Source of the DNA: Minisyncoccia bacterium
GTDB lineage: Bacteria; Patescibacteriota; Minisyncoccia; Phycocordibacterales; UBA9973
Assembly: GCA_038244685.1 (NCBI GenBank)
Contig: JBBRTD010000004.1
Span: forward strand, 1 to 48,797
Length of the DNA: 48,797 nt
Direction of reading: 5' to 3'
Under the pieces are notes generated by a model. That model had not been told where the DNA came from. It ran no database searches and saw only the letters and a list, made by a program, of their open reading frames with translations. Every line of letters begins with the position of its first letter. Position 1 is the first letter of the stretch. This document shows positions 26,764 through 36,127 of this stretch, one piece after another. Made by a program: the position numbers and the translations under genes.

Positions 26764-28065
26764 TTATACAGGCAAATTTGAAGGTGGCTTTGCAATCTTA
26801 GATTCGATACGTTTGAAGCTTGGAGTCTCAGAAACCATACCTGGAAAATGAAATAGAGTTGCAAGTTCCTTAGTAGAAACGACGAAAATATTTGGTTTAT
26901 GTGCTGGGAAAAAAGCGGACAATAGCTTTGGATAATTTGCCCCATATTGTAATGGAGGATGGAAGAAAACTCTCATTCTGTACCAATCAAGCATTCTCTT
27001 TTTAATCTTCGTCAAAGCAAGACCTGTTGGATCTGACCAAGGGGCATCAAACTGAGTAGAGTTTACACGATCAAGCTCATTCACATACGGTTGTGCATAC
27101 TGACGGAAAAGCAAACGAACCTCACGACGAAGATTCTGGAATTGATCTTCACTACAGTGCTTCTTGTCGGAAAGAGCTATAAGTCTTATTCCACAATCAA
27201 AATGAATCTGTGATAATCCTTCCGTGACAGAAGTAATAATAGGCTTTATATGCTCAGGCACAGCAACCTGCTTACCATAGGTACCTACAACGTTATCATT
27301 TTTCTGGGTACGAGTATAAGGACCTAATAATTTTTCAATAAATTCTACCCCCGCTTCATAAAAATCAACATGTGTATTTGTAATATGACTATGATATTTT
27401 TTAATATTCCATCGAACAAGCATTTGTATCCAAACTTGTTGACCACGAGGAATAGAACCTAGATATTCAACCATAGGCGTAATCGGATCGATTTTAAACT
27501 CTTCTTTTATTCCAGTCTTCATGTCATCCCCGAAATCTTTGTATGTTTTAATAGGAAGAAAATCTTCTTTCAATTTTTTGAATTCACAACCCCACATATT
27601 CCAATCTCCATCTTTTTTATATTGAGGAACATGAAAAGCATAATCTTCAGCTTCTACAACTTTTGCTTGAGGGTACTGGCCATAAATTTGAGTCTCAACT
27701 AAATTTCTCATTCTGGTTGGTGTACGAATATAAAAATGAACTCGTCCGTCTAGAGAAACGATTTCAAGAGAAAACCAAAACCAAGGAGCACCTTGTATAT
27801 ATTGTTCCCAAAAACCCTTTCCACTTTTATGATAAAAGGCATTCGTAAATATAAGCTCCATTGCTGCTGGAGATTTTATGACATCACGTGGAACTTGAAT
27901 TTCTAAAAGCACCCACTTAATTCCCATAATAAAACGCTCTTGTCTGTAATGATGCCATAAGTTAAGGGCGATATACGTTAAAGGAATTGGCATTAGGTAA
28001 CCAATAGTTACAATTAGTATTTGTAAAAGATTTAGATTGTGAGTGTTAAGAAAATCTTGAATCAT
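26764..28065 (-). CDS. conserved hypothetical membrane-anchored protein
   Basis: 433 aa. The N-terminal TM segment is LLQILIVTIGYLMPIPLTYIAL, followed by WVLLEIQVPRDVIKSPAAMELIF. It ends with ELATLFHFPG. There are 3 nt between its stop and the mltG start. Confidence 0.6.
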   Translation of the reverse strand: MIQDFLNTHNLNLLQILIVTIGYLMPIPLTYIALNLWHHYRQERFIMGIKWVLLEIQVPRDVIKSPAAMELIFTNAFYHKSGKGFWEQYIQGAPWFWFSLEIVSLDGRVHFYIRTPTRMRNLVETQIYGQYPQAKVVEAEDYAFHVPQYKKDGDWNMWGCEFKKLKEDFLPIKTYKDFGDDMKTGIKEEFKIDPITPMVEYLGSIPRGQQVWIQMLVRWNIKKYHSHITNTHVDFYEAGVEFIEKLLGPYTRTQKNDNVVGTYGKQVAVPEHIKPIITSVTEGLSQIHFDCGIRLIALSDKKHCSEDQFQNLRREVRLLFRQYAQPYVNELDRVNSTQFDAPWSDPTGLALTKIKKRMLDWYRMRVFFHPPLQYGANYPKLLSAFFPAHKPNIFVVSTKELATLFHFPGMVSETPSFKRIESKIAKPPSNLPV

Positions 28066-28083
28066 GTTGAAATTATATTTAAA

Positions 28084-28188
28084 TTACCAAACTCTAAGAG
28101 TGGCAGAAGTGAAAAAGCCAAATATTATCGCAATGATAATAATACCTAAGATTATCATAACAATGTTTATAATACCTCGATTATGCAT
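28084..28188 (-). CDS. possible 34-aa hydrophobic micropeptide
   Basis: My manual translation is MHNRGIINIVMIILGIIIIAIIFGFFTSATLRVW*. It lies 18 nt upstream of the 433-aa ORF on the same strand. There is no other support. Confidence 0.3.
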   Translation of the reverse strand: MHNRGIINIVMIILGIIIIAIIFGFFTSATLRVW

Positions 28189-28244
28189 ATGATTATTATA
28201 TCACATTTTAAAATAAAACTCCCCCGATAAGGGAGAGATTATTA

Positions 28245-29276
28245 TTAGCAGATGATATAAAGCCCGGCTTTATTCTTCTTAAAATATTTTGTATTTTGTA
28301 AATTAACTAGAATAGTATTTTTCTTTAAATATCTTTCTTTCATAACCTGGTCTACAATATCTTCTTTTGTCATTCCTCCATTTTTCTTCAAAAGTTCTTT
28401 AATGACATCTCTGACAACTCCAGACTTGTATCCCCATTCAGACAATGCATATATACCTCTACCTACTAAAACAAATCTAGGGTCTTTGATAAGTTCATTA
28501 TGACAAGTTGCGGTGTGACATTTCTTATCGAAAGTATTCGCTACAGCCTTTGCTACTTCTCTAAAGTGCATAGGAGATCCATGCTTTCTCATCATAAGAA
28601 ATGCGTAATCTTTAACCCCACGAGCTTTTATAGAAGAAGAAGAAGACTTACCCCATTCTCCTAATGGATTTTTACTTAAAGTCTTAGAAATAGTTAACCA
28701 TCTTTTTGCAACTTCTTCATTTCTGTATTGCTCAGCTAAGTCCTTAACTTCATCCAAGAAACGGGTAATAAGTTCTGACTCAGGAATTAATTGATCATCT
28801 GTAAGATTTTCAAAAAGATTTTTAAGGGATTTATGAACTTGTTCAGTTATATCAGAATCAACACTCCAACGTGTCTTAAAGTGAGCATCTTCTTTGTGTT
28901 TAGTAAAATCATCACTTAAAGTTAAGTATAAATGAATATTATTCTGTATAATTTTATCTTTTGAAAGATGATTTAAAAATTCCTGTTCAGATACAATAGC
29001 TCCCATAGTATGCATTAACTTTTTCAATTCATCAAAAACTGCCTTTTCATTCTTAAATGCTTCTGATTTACGGATAAGAGCAAGGGCTGAATTTTCTATT
29101 TGACGAACACGCTCACGAGTAATACCGTACTTTTGACCAATTGCTTCTAGTGTTTTTCTCTCACCGTCTTCAGTAATTCCGAAACGGTTAACAACTACCT
29201 CATACGCTCTAGGCGGTAGATTAGAAAGAATTCTTTTTGTAACTTGCTTTGGTTTAAATGTAACAGTATTAGCCAT
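28245..29276 (-). CDS. sigma-70 region-4-like HTH protein fused to a HARE-HTH-like C-terminal domain
   Basis: The N-terminus is LPPRAYEVVVNRFGI...TLEAIGQKYGITRERVRQIENSAL (region 4.2 pattern). The C-terminus is MHFREVAKAV...FVLVGRGIYALSEWGY. No region 2 is present. Confidence 0.65.
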   Translation of the reverse strand: MANTVTFKPKQVTKRILSNLPPRAYEVVVNRFGITEDGERKTLEAIGQKYGITRERVRQIENSALALIRKSEAFKNEKAVFDELKKLMHTMGAIVSEQEFLNHLSKDKIIQNNIHLYLTLSDDFTKHKEDAHFKTRWSVDSDITEQVHKSLKNLFENLTDDQLIPESELITRFLDEVKDLAEQYRNEEVAKRWLTISKTLSKNPLGEWGKSSSSSIKARGVKDYAFLMMRKHGSPMHFREVAKAVANTFDKKCHTATCHNELIKDPRFVLVGRGIYALSEWGYKSGVVRDVIKELLKKNGGMTKEDIVDQVMKERYLKKNTILVNLQNTKYFKKNKAGLYIIC

Positions 29277-29426
29277 TTTGATTTTTGTGTGAAATCATGT
29301 CGCGCAATCATCCCTTCAGCGCTACACTATTTAAAATTAAATTAATAACTATTTTATATTTTTCATAATATCATTACTATTCAATAAAGTCAAATAGTAA
29401 GATAAAATTTCATCTAAGGAAACAAA

Positions 29427-31247
29427 TTATTTTTTACTTGCAGCTGTTTTTGCTTTTGATCTATCTTGTTCAGTTAAAAATTTCTTTCGTAGACGAACAT
29501 TTTTTGGTGTAATTTCAAGATATTCATCGTCTGCCATAACTTCTAAGGCTCTTTCAATCGATAATCTGTATGGTGGTTTAACGTTCACAGCTTCATCTGT
29601 ACCAGATGAACGCATATTTGATAGTTGTTTACCCTTTGTTGGATTAACGGTCATTTCATCCCCTTTTGTAACGTTTCCGATGACCATACCTTCATAGACT
29701 TCATCTCCATGTTCAACATAAAGAATTCCTCTTTCTTGTAAAGTCCAAAGTGAAAAAGCTGCTACTTTACCATTAACCATTGAGGCCATTGATCCTACAT
29801 CTCTTTTCTTTATTTCTCCAGCATAATCCTTAAAGCCTACAAATCTTGAAGCTAAAATTCCTTCACCGCGAGTATCAACAACGAATTGACCACGATATCC
29901 AAGAAGACCTCTTGTTGGTATTTCCATAAGCAATCTATTTATACCGTCTTTCTCGTGCATACTTGTAATCATTCCACGGCGAGCAGTAAGTTTTTCAATA
30001 ACAGCACCTGAAACATCAGTTCTCACATCGATAGTAACTTCTTCGTAAGGTTCAAGCTTTCTGCCGTCTTCTTCTTTAATAATAACGTGAGGTTGAGACA
30101 CCTGAAGTTCATATCCTTCACGTCGCATATTTTCAAGCAATATAGCAATATGAAGTTCTCCTCTTCCGTAAACAAGATAACCTTCTTGAACTTCCTCTTG
30201 GTCTGGAGTATCAAAACTGACACGAAGTCCAACGTTAATTTCAAGTTCCTTTTCTAATCTTTCTCTTATTTGACGACTTGTAACATATTTACCTTCACGT
30301 CCAGCAAAAGGAGAATCATTAACTAGGAAATTTAGAGAAATAGTAGGTTCATCAATCGCAATAGAAGGTAAAGCTTCAGTTGTAATATTGTCACAGAAAG
30401 TTTCTCCGATAAATACATCTGGAATACCAGAAATAATAGCAATATCACCTACATTAATAGTATCAACTTCTTTTCTTGCAATACCTTCAAAAGTGAACAT
30501 TTTTGTAATTCTAGCATTTCGAGTTTTACCATCAGCATTTTTTACAATGATAGTTGATCCTGTTTTAACAGATCCTGCATATACACGAACAATAGCTAAA
30601 CGTCCCAAGAAATTATCATAACCTAAGTTAAATACTTGAGCCTGGAAAGGAAGATCTTCATCCGATGAAGCTTCTTTTACATCTGACAATATTAAATCAA
30701 GAAGTGGAGTTAAATCTTTTGAATCATCACCCAACTTCAAGAAAGCCTTTCCTTGTCTTCCTATGGCGTAAATTGTTTTAAAGTTTATTTGTTCTTCATT
30801 TGCGCCTAGCTCTAAGAATAATTCCAAAACTTCTTCGTGAACTCTTTCTGGATTTGCAGCAGGCTTGTCAATTTTATTTATAACAACAATTGGCTTAAGA
30901 CCAAGTTCAAGTGACTTTTTAAGAACGAATCGAGTCTGAGGCATTGGACCTTCTTGAGCATCTACAAGCAGAAGCACGGAGTCAATGGCACGCAAAACAC
31001 GTTCAACTTCTGAACCGAAGTCGGCATGTCCTGGTGTATCCACAATGTTTATCTTAGTTCCTTTGTAGTTAACTGAAGTATTTTTTGAATAGATGGTAAT
31101 ACCACGTTCAAGTTCAAGAGCGTTAGAGTCCATAGTGACACCTTCTTCAACCATTCCGCATTGCTTCATTAGCTGGTCAGTAAGGGTTGTTTTGCCATGG
31201 TCAACGTGTGCAATTATGGCTATATTTCTGATTTCGTTTAGTTTCAT
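29427..31247 (-). CDS. typA: translational GTPase TypA/BipA
   Basis: 606 aa with AHVDHGKTT, DTPGHADF and NKID motifs. Confidence 0.96.
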   Translation of the reverse strand: MKLNEIRNIAIIAHVDHGKTTLTDQLMKQCGMVEEGVTMDSNALELERGITIYSKNTSVNYKGTKINIVDTPGHADFGSEVERVLRAIDSVLLLVDAQEGPMPQTRFVLKKSLELGLKPIVVINKIDKPAANPERVHEEVLELFLELGANEEQINFKTIYAIGRQGKAFLKLGDDSKDLTPLLDLILSDVKEASSDEDLPFQAQVFNLGYDNFLGRLAIVRVYAGSVKTGSTIIVKNADGKTRNARITKMFTFEGIARKEVDTINVGDIAIISGIPDVFIGETFCDNITTEALPSIAIDEPTISLNFLVNDSPFAGREGKYVTSRQIRERLEKELEINVGLRVSFDTPDQEEVQEGYLVYGRGELHIAILLENMRREGYELQVSQPHVIIKEEDGRKLEPYEEVTIDVRTDVSGAVIEKLTARRGMITSMHEKDGINRLLMEIPTRGLLGYRGQFVVDTRGEGILASRFVGFKDYAGEIKKRDVGSMASMVNGKVAAFSLWTLQERGILYVEHGDEVYEGMVIGNVTKGDEMTVNPTKGKQLSNMRSSGTDEAVNVKPPYRLSIERALEVMADDEYLEITPKNVRLRKKFLTEQDRSKAKTAASKK

Positions 31248-31366
31248 ATTATTAATTAAATGTTGTCCCTAATGGGTGAAAAATAAAATCGCCCTAGGGC
31301 GTTATGCTTAATACTGTATCATACTTTTTAGAATTTGTAAACAAAAGCCCAAATACCTATATATTT

Positions 31367-31405
31367 ACAGAGGTTTAACCTCAAATTATGAGATTAAACC
31401 TCTGT
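31367..31405 (-). terminator. 12-bp stem hairpin downstream of rseP
   Basis: The stem acagaggtttaa (31367-31378) pairs with ttaaacctctgt (31394-31405). Confidence 0.55.
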
Positions 31406-31417
31406 AATAGGCCAAAT

Positions 31418-32527
31418 TTATAACAATTTTACGATGTCGTGATAAGTTATAAATACCATTAAAAGCATTAATATACCAAAACCAGCCATATTTACAATAT
31501 TAGCTATTTCTGGCTTAATTCTTGAACCTTTAATTTTCTCTATAAGTAAGAACAATAGTCTTCCTCCATCTAGAGCTGGAAATGGCATTAAGTTTATCAC
31601 AGCTAAATTAACAGAAATAAGAGCTGTAAATGACAGTAAGTAGATAAAACCAAATTTAGCTGCATCTCCTACTACTCCAACTATTCCAATTGGACCAGTC
31701 ACGGCAGACATATCTCCCTTACCTAATAAGGCACCACTAATTAATTTATAGAAACCAACAGCAGTATTGACTGTTAAGTTTGAAGTAAGTTTAAGTCCTT
31801 CCCAAACAGCTTGATAGACAGGTAATCTTAATGTTCCAATAGTATCCATAGAAATTCCAATAGCAGGAAAACCATCTTTATTATTTACAGGAGTAACTTC
31901 TAATTCTTTATTTTCCTGACCTCTAATAAATTCTACTTTTACAGGTTCATCTCCATGCTTTTTAATAAAAGTTTGAACACTCTCAGCTACAAAAGTTGAT
32001 GACAAAAGTTTTGTTGAGTCTGTCGCAGTTCCTAAAGACAGAAGTTTATCTCCAGCTTTTAATCCAGAGATTTCAGCAGGACTACCCTTAACAACACTCG
32101 TAACAGTTAGATATTGATTATTAACAACTACTCCTTTTGGAGCCATAGCAACAGAGGAAGGAAGTCCAGACATATAACCAGCTGTAAGTAAAAACCATGC
32201 AACTAAAAAATTCATAGCAACTCCAGCCAGTAAGACAAGTGCTTGTATGTATTTAGGTTTACTTGTAAAACTTCTTTTTTTATCTTCTTCGCTTACGACG
32301 ACAGAAGGGTCATCTCCATTCTCTCCGAATATTTTCACATACCCACCAAATGGCAATGCATTTAAATTATAAGTCGTCTCCCCTATTTTTTTACCAAAGA
32401 TTTTTGGAGGAAAACCAAAAGAAAATTCATCTACTCTTATACCTGACTTTTTGGCCACAATAAAATGCCCAAATTCATGAGAAACAACAAGAACCAATAA
32501 AATAACAATAAAAATTATAATACTCAT
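31418..32527 (-). CDS. rseP: RIP metalloprotease RseP (M50 site-2 protease with PDZ)
   Basis: It has HEFGHF near the N-terminus, a PDZ-like segment (GSPAEISGLKAGDKL) and a C-terminal LPFPALDGG. Confidence 0.88.
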   Translation of the reverse strand: MSIIIFIVILLVLVVSHEFGHFIVAKKSGIRVDEFSFGFPPKIFGKKIGETTYNLNALPFGGYVKIFGENGDDPSVVVSEEDKKRSFTSKPKYIQALVLLAGVAMNFLVAWFLLTAGYMSGLPSSVAMAPKGVVVNNQYLTVTSVVKGSPAEISGLKAGDKLLSLGTATDSTKLLSSTFVAESVQTFIKKHGDEPVKVEFIRGQENKELEVTPVNNKDGFPAIGISMDTIGTLRLPVYQAVWEGLKLTSNLTVNTAVGFYKLISGALLGKGDMSAVTGPIGIVGVVGDAAKFGFIYLLSFTALISVNLAVINLMPFPALDGGRLLFLLIEKIKGSRIKPEIANIVNMAGFGILMLLMVFITYHDIVKLL

Positions 32528-32560
32528 TAAAATATCATAGCATATTTTAATATTTACTAA

Positions 32561-32600
32561 AAATAAATAGCCCCAAACAAAAGTTTAGGGCTATTTATTT
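32561..32600 (-). terminator. intrinsic terminator after frr
   Basis: The stem aaataaatagccc (32561-32573) pairs with gggctatttattt (32588-32600). Confidence 0.7.
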
Positions 32601-32606
32601 GACTAT

Positions 32607-33143
32607 TTAATTATTCATTAAATCTGTTTCCTTTTTAGCAAAGATTGCTTCAAGATTTTGATTTGACTCATTAACGCATTTTTGAATATCGTCTTTGGCA
32701 TTTTTTGCATCATCTTCAGGTAAATCTTCCGTCTTATCAATTTCTATTTGTCTTTCCTTACGAACACTTATGCGAGCATCTTCTAATTTTTCTTTAAGAA
32801 TTTTAACAAGCTTTGATCTATTCTCTGTCGTAAGCATAGGAAAAATTGCTCTAACTCCATCGCTATCAGACACAATAGAAAGTCCTAAGTTCGCAGAACT
32901 TATAGCTGCTTCAATGCTTTTTATTTGATTTTTATCCCAAGGAGAGATGCGTAATGTTTTAGAATCTTCAATCGTTATTCCTGCAACATTCTTAATTGGT
33001 GAATATGAACCATAACTTTCTACCATTATATTATCAAGTATCATCGGAGTTGCCCTACCAGTATGAACAGATGAATACTCCTTGGAAAGCCATTCTTCTA
33101 CTTTTTTTAATTCCACCTTAAAATTTGTTGTATTGTATGCCAT
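32607..33143 (-). CDS. frr: ribosome recycling factor
   Basis: 178 aa with the HTGRATPMILDNI...L.ISPWD pattern. Confidence 0.94.
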   Translation of the reverse strand: MAYNTTNFKVELKKVEEWLSKEYSSVHTGRATPMILDNIMVESYGSYSPIKNVAGITIEDSKTLRISPWDKNQIKSIEAAISSANLGLSIVSDSDGVRAIFPMLTTENRSKLVKILKEKLEDARISVRKERQIEIDKTEDLPEDDAKNAKDDIQKCVNESNQNLEAIFAKKETDLMNN

Positions 33144-33188
33144 ATAATTTACGAACTTTATTTATAATTTTTATTAATTCTACCTACA

Positions 33189-33887
33189 TTATAACACAAG
33201 TGCTATATGTTCTAAAATCATTTTAACAGAAGCTCCGGGGGTAGAAAGAAAGCTTCGACAATTCTTTAACTCATCTAAAATAAATTTACTATTTTCATTA
33301 TCTATATCCATTTTCCATTTCTTATAAATTATCCTTTCTAAACCATTTATAAGCGATATGGCTTTAAATCTTAGACCTCCACTATTTTCATTATCTTTAA
33401 ATTCTTTAATAATTTCTGCCACTTTTTCTATTCGATTATTTTGAGAAGATTCAAAAAATTCTTTCGCTAACTTATCATCTAAATCATTGTTCTTTTCTGT
33501 GTTCTTTATTAGATGAACTCTAGATAAAATTGTCCCTAATAGTAAAGATGCATCCGGAACAACAATGAAGAAATGAGTATTAGGTGTTGGCTCCTCTATT
33601 ACCTTAAGTAAGGTTTGCTCCGCTTCGCGATTAATGAATTTTGTTCCAATTATGCAAATCTTTTTCTTGCCATCTGTTGGCTTATTGTAATACCATTCTT
33701 TAATCTTCTGACTATCTTGTATTGAAAAAGAGTCATAAAGATTTAATAATACATCTGGACTGTGTTTATTTATATGCCCCTGTTCTTCTAAATATATACG
33801 CAAAGAATAAACAGTCTCTTCTGGATTGTCCTCAATTACATAGCTATGATAAAGGTCTTGCGGAAACAATTCTTCAAAATTAACCAT
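33189..33887 (-). CDS. holB: DNA polymerase III delta-prime-like clamp-loader subunit
   Basis: It contains AEQTLLKVIEEPTPNTHFFIVV...ILSRV (sensor-1/SRC region). It is short, at 232 aa. Confidence 0.7.
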   Translation of the reverse strand: MVNFEELFPQDLYHSYVIEDNPEETVYSLRIYLEEQGHINKHSPDVLLNLYDSFSIQDSQKIKEWYYNKPTDGKKKICIIGTKFINREAEQTLLKVIEEPTPNTHFFIVVPDASLLLGTILSRVHLIKNTEKNNDLDDKLAKEFFESSQNNRIEKVAEIIKEFKDNENSGGLRFKAISLINGLERIIYKKWKMDIDNENSKFILDELKNCRSFLSTPGASVKMILEHIALVL

Positions 33888-33892
33888 ATTTA

Positions 33893-35014
33893 CTATTGTA
33901 CCTCAAATGGAAAAATATCTGAAAGCTCTCCTGAATAATAAAATTCATAAGAAAGACCACCAAAAGTATAATCTCTATCACTAATTGTAATAGTAGAGCC
34001 TCCAACTTCTGGATTTTCTTTTGGAACTGATTTATTAAAACCTAAATTAAACAATGTCGCTAATACTTCAGGGCGATCATTTATAGGATAATTACTTGTC
34101 TCCCATTGATGCATTATCTGCTTTAAAAATATTGCAGTATACAAATAAGAGTAATAGTGATTTTTATTATCAGTTAATCTACCCATTAGTTCAGTATTTG
34201 GATCTCTATCTCCGTAATTAAAAATATCTTCATGGTCAGCTCCTAAGTAAAATGGACTATTCTTATCTTTTAAATTACTTTCAATAACTTTCGCTGTTTC
34301 AACTTTAACTCCAGCTACCCCATAAGAAAACTTAGTCCCATTTCCAAGAACTTTTAATGGTTCAAAATACTTCTTATATGATTCACGATTAGCAGTAAAA
34401 AATCTAAACTGTTCAGAGATTACCGTTGAAACTATTATTCGAGCAGGAACTCCTGAATCACGACTAGCTTGCAGAATAACATCCTTATCTTTTACAAGAG
34501 CATCTCTTAATGTCTCCCATTCTGGAGATGACATCCAGCTAAAAATACTTTGGCTGGTTAAATTATTATTTAAAGCAAGAATTCCATTACCGATTTCATC
34601 ACACTTGTCCATTTTATCTTTCAAGAAAGAATTATTATTGGCAGTAACTATAATAATTGCATTAACCATTTTCTCTGCAACAACAGTAGATTTAGTTGTT
34701 ATATATGAATCCAAAATTCTTTGACCGTTTTCTGGTAAGACAGAAGCAATCGTCATAATCTTACACTCAAGGCTTGGACTTAATTTATTTAAATTTGTAA
34801 GAGTTGCCGTCTTCTTAATATTTGGCAAACGAGTTCCATCTTTTTTAATGTTATTAAAAAATTCGTTTCGTGAATCAATACTTCCTTTTACATCAGTTAG
34901 ATGCAATCTCATAGCAACAAAAACAGCAGAAAAGACTAATCCTACTCCTGCAAAGCCACAAACGACTACAATTAATATAATTTTCAATAATTTCTTGTTT
35001 TTAAATATTTTCAT
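33893..35014 (-). CDS. hypothetical N-terminally anchored extracytoplasmic protein
   Basis: 373 aa. The TM segment is LLKIILIVVVCGFAGVGLVFSAVFVAM. It begins 1 nt after the mreB stop. I do not recognise a family. Confidence 0.6.
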   Translation of the reverse strand: MKIFKNKKLLKIILIVVVCGFAGVGLVFSAVFVAMRLHLTDVKGSIDSRNEFFNNIKKDGTRLPNIKKTATLTNLNKLSPSLECKIMTIASVLPENGQRILDSYITTKSTVVAEKMVNAIIIVTANNNSFLKDKMDKCDEIGNGILALNNNLTSQSIFSWMSSPEWETLRDALVKDKDVILQASRDSGVPARIIVSTVISEQFRFFTANRESYKKYFEPLKVLGNGTKFSYGVAGVKVETAKVIESNLKDKNSPFYLGADHEDIFNYGDRDPNTELMGRLTDNKNHYYSYLYTAIFLKQIMHQWETSNYPINDRPEVLATLFNLGFNKSVPKENPEVGGSTITISDRDYTFGGLSYEFYYSGELSDIFPFEVQ

Positions 35015-35015
35015 T

Positions 35016-36029
35016 TTATCTTTTACTCAAAATAGTTTTCTTATAAGTCTCCAAATGATTCAACGCTTCCCCTGTACCTTTTACTACACAAAGAAGAGGG
35101 TCATCTGCAACTCTTGCTTTAACTCCAGTCCGTCGATAAATAAGATCTGCTAAATTACGAAGCTGAGATGAACCTCCGGTCATTATAATGCCGTCATCTA
35201 TAATGTCAGCTGATAATTCAGGCGGGGTCAAGGACAAAACTTCTTTAATAGCAGAAATCATCGCTCTTAATTCTTTATCGATAGCTCTAACTATTTCATT
35301 TGTAGAAATTTGAGCAGTACGAGGTAACCCTTGAATAAAGTCACGCCCTTTAATGGTAATGGTTAGTTCTTCTTCAAGAGGAATGGCTGCTCCAATCTTA
35401 ATTTTTATAGCTTCAGCTGTTCTATCGCCAATAGCAAGATTAAAGGTCTTCTTTATATAGTCAGCAATAGCTAAATCAATCTTATCTCCAGCACATTTAA
35501 CAGAAGTTGAAGCCACTATTCCACCTAAGGCAATAACCGCTACGTCTGTCGTACCACCTCCGATATCCATAATCATATGCCCTTTTGATTCATGTATTGG
35601 TATTCCAGCTCCAATGGCAGCTAATATTGGCTCTTTAACAACATAAGCATTTGAAGCTCCAGCTTTAACCGCGGCTTCAACAACAGCACGCCTTTCGGTT
35701 GAAGTTATTCCAGCTGGAACCGAAACCATAACATCTGGCTTAAATAGATTATATTTACCAAGAGTTTTCGTAATAAAATACCTAAGCATTGCTTCGGTCA
35801 CTCTATAATCTGCAATTACCCCATCCTTCATTGGACGATAAACTATTATACTTTCAGGAGTTTTACCTATCATTTCCTTTGCTTCAATACCAATTGCCAG
35901 TATCGTATTGTCCTGTTCTGAAACAGCAACAACGGAAGGCTCATTCAAAACAACACCCCTTCCTGGTAAATATACGAGTGTATTTGCTGTCCCCAAATCA
36001 ATACCTAATTTTTTAGAAAATAATGCCAT
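35016..36029 (-). CDS. mreB: rod-shape-determining actin homologue MreB
   Basis: 337 aa with GIDLGTANTLVY, DIGGGTTDVAV and MTGGSSQLRNL motifs. Confidence 0.95.
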   Translation of the reverse strand: MALFSKKLGIDLGTANTLVYLPGRGVVLNEPSVVAVSEQDNTILAIGIEAKEMIGKTPESIIVYRPMKDGVIADYRVTEAMLRYFITKTLGKYNLFKPDVMVSVPAGITSTERRAVVEAAVKAGASNAYVVKEPILAAIGAGIPIHESKGHMIMDIGGGTTDVAVIALGGIVASTSVKCAGDKIDLAIADYIKKTFNLAIGDRTAEAIKIKIGAAIPLEEELTITIKGRDFIQGLPRTAQISTNEIVRAIDKELRAMISAIKEVLSLTPPELSADIIDDGIIMTGGSSQLRNLADLIYRRTGVKARVADDPLLCVVKGTGEALNHLETYKKTILSKR

Positions 36030-36127
36030 ATAATTGTTTTAACTCAATTCACTATATCACAAAATGAGTTAAAAAATAAACTAAAATTAAATGCTTAAAT
36101 TTAAACATTTTGTGATAACATATAGGT

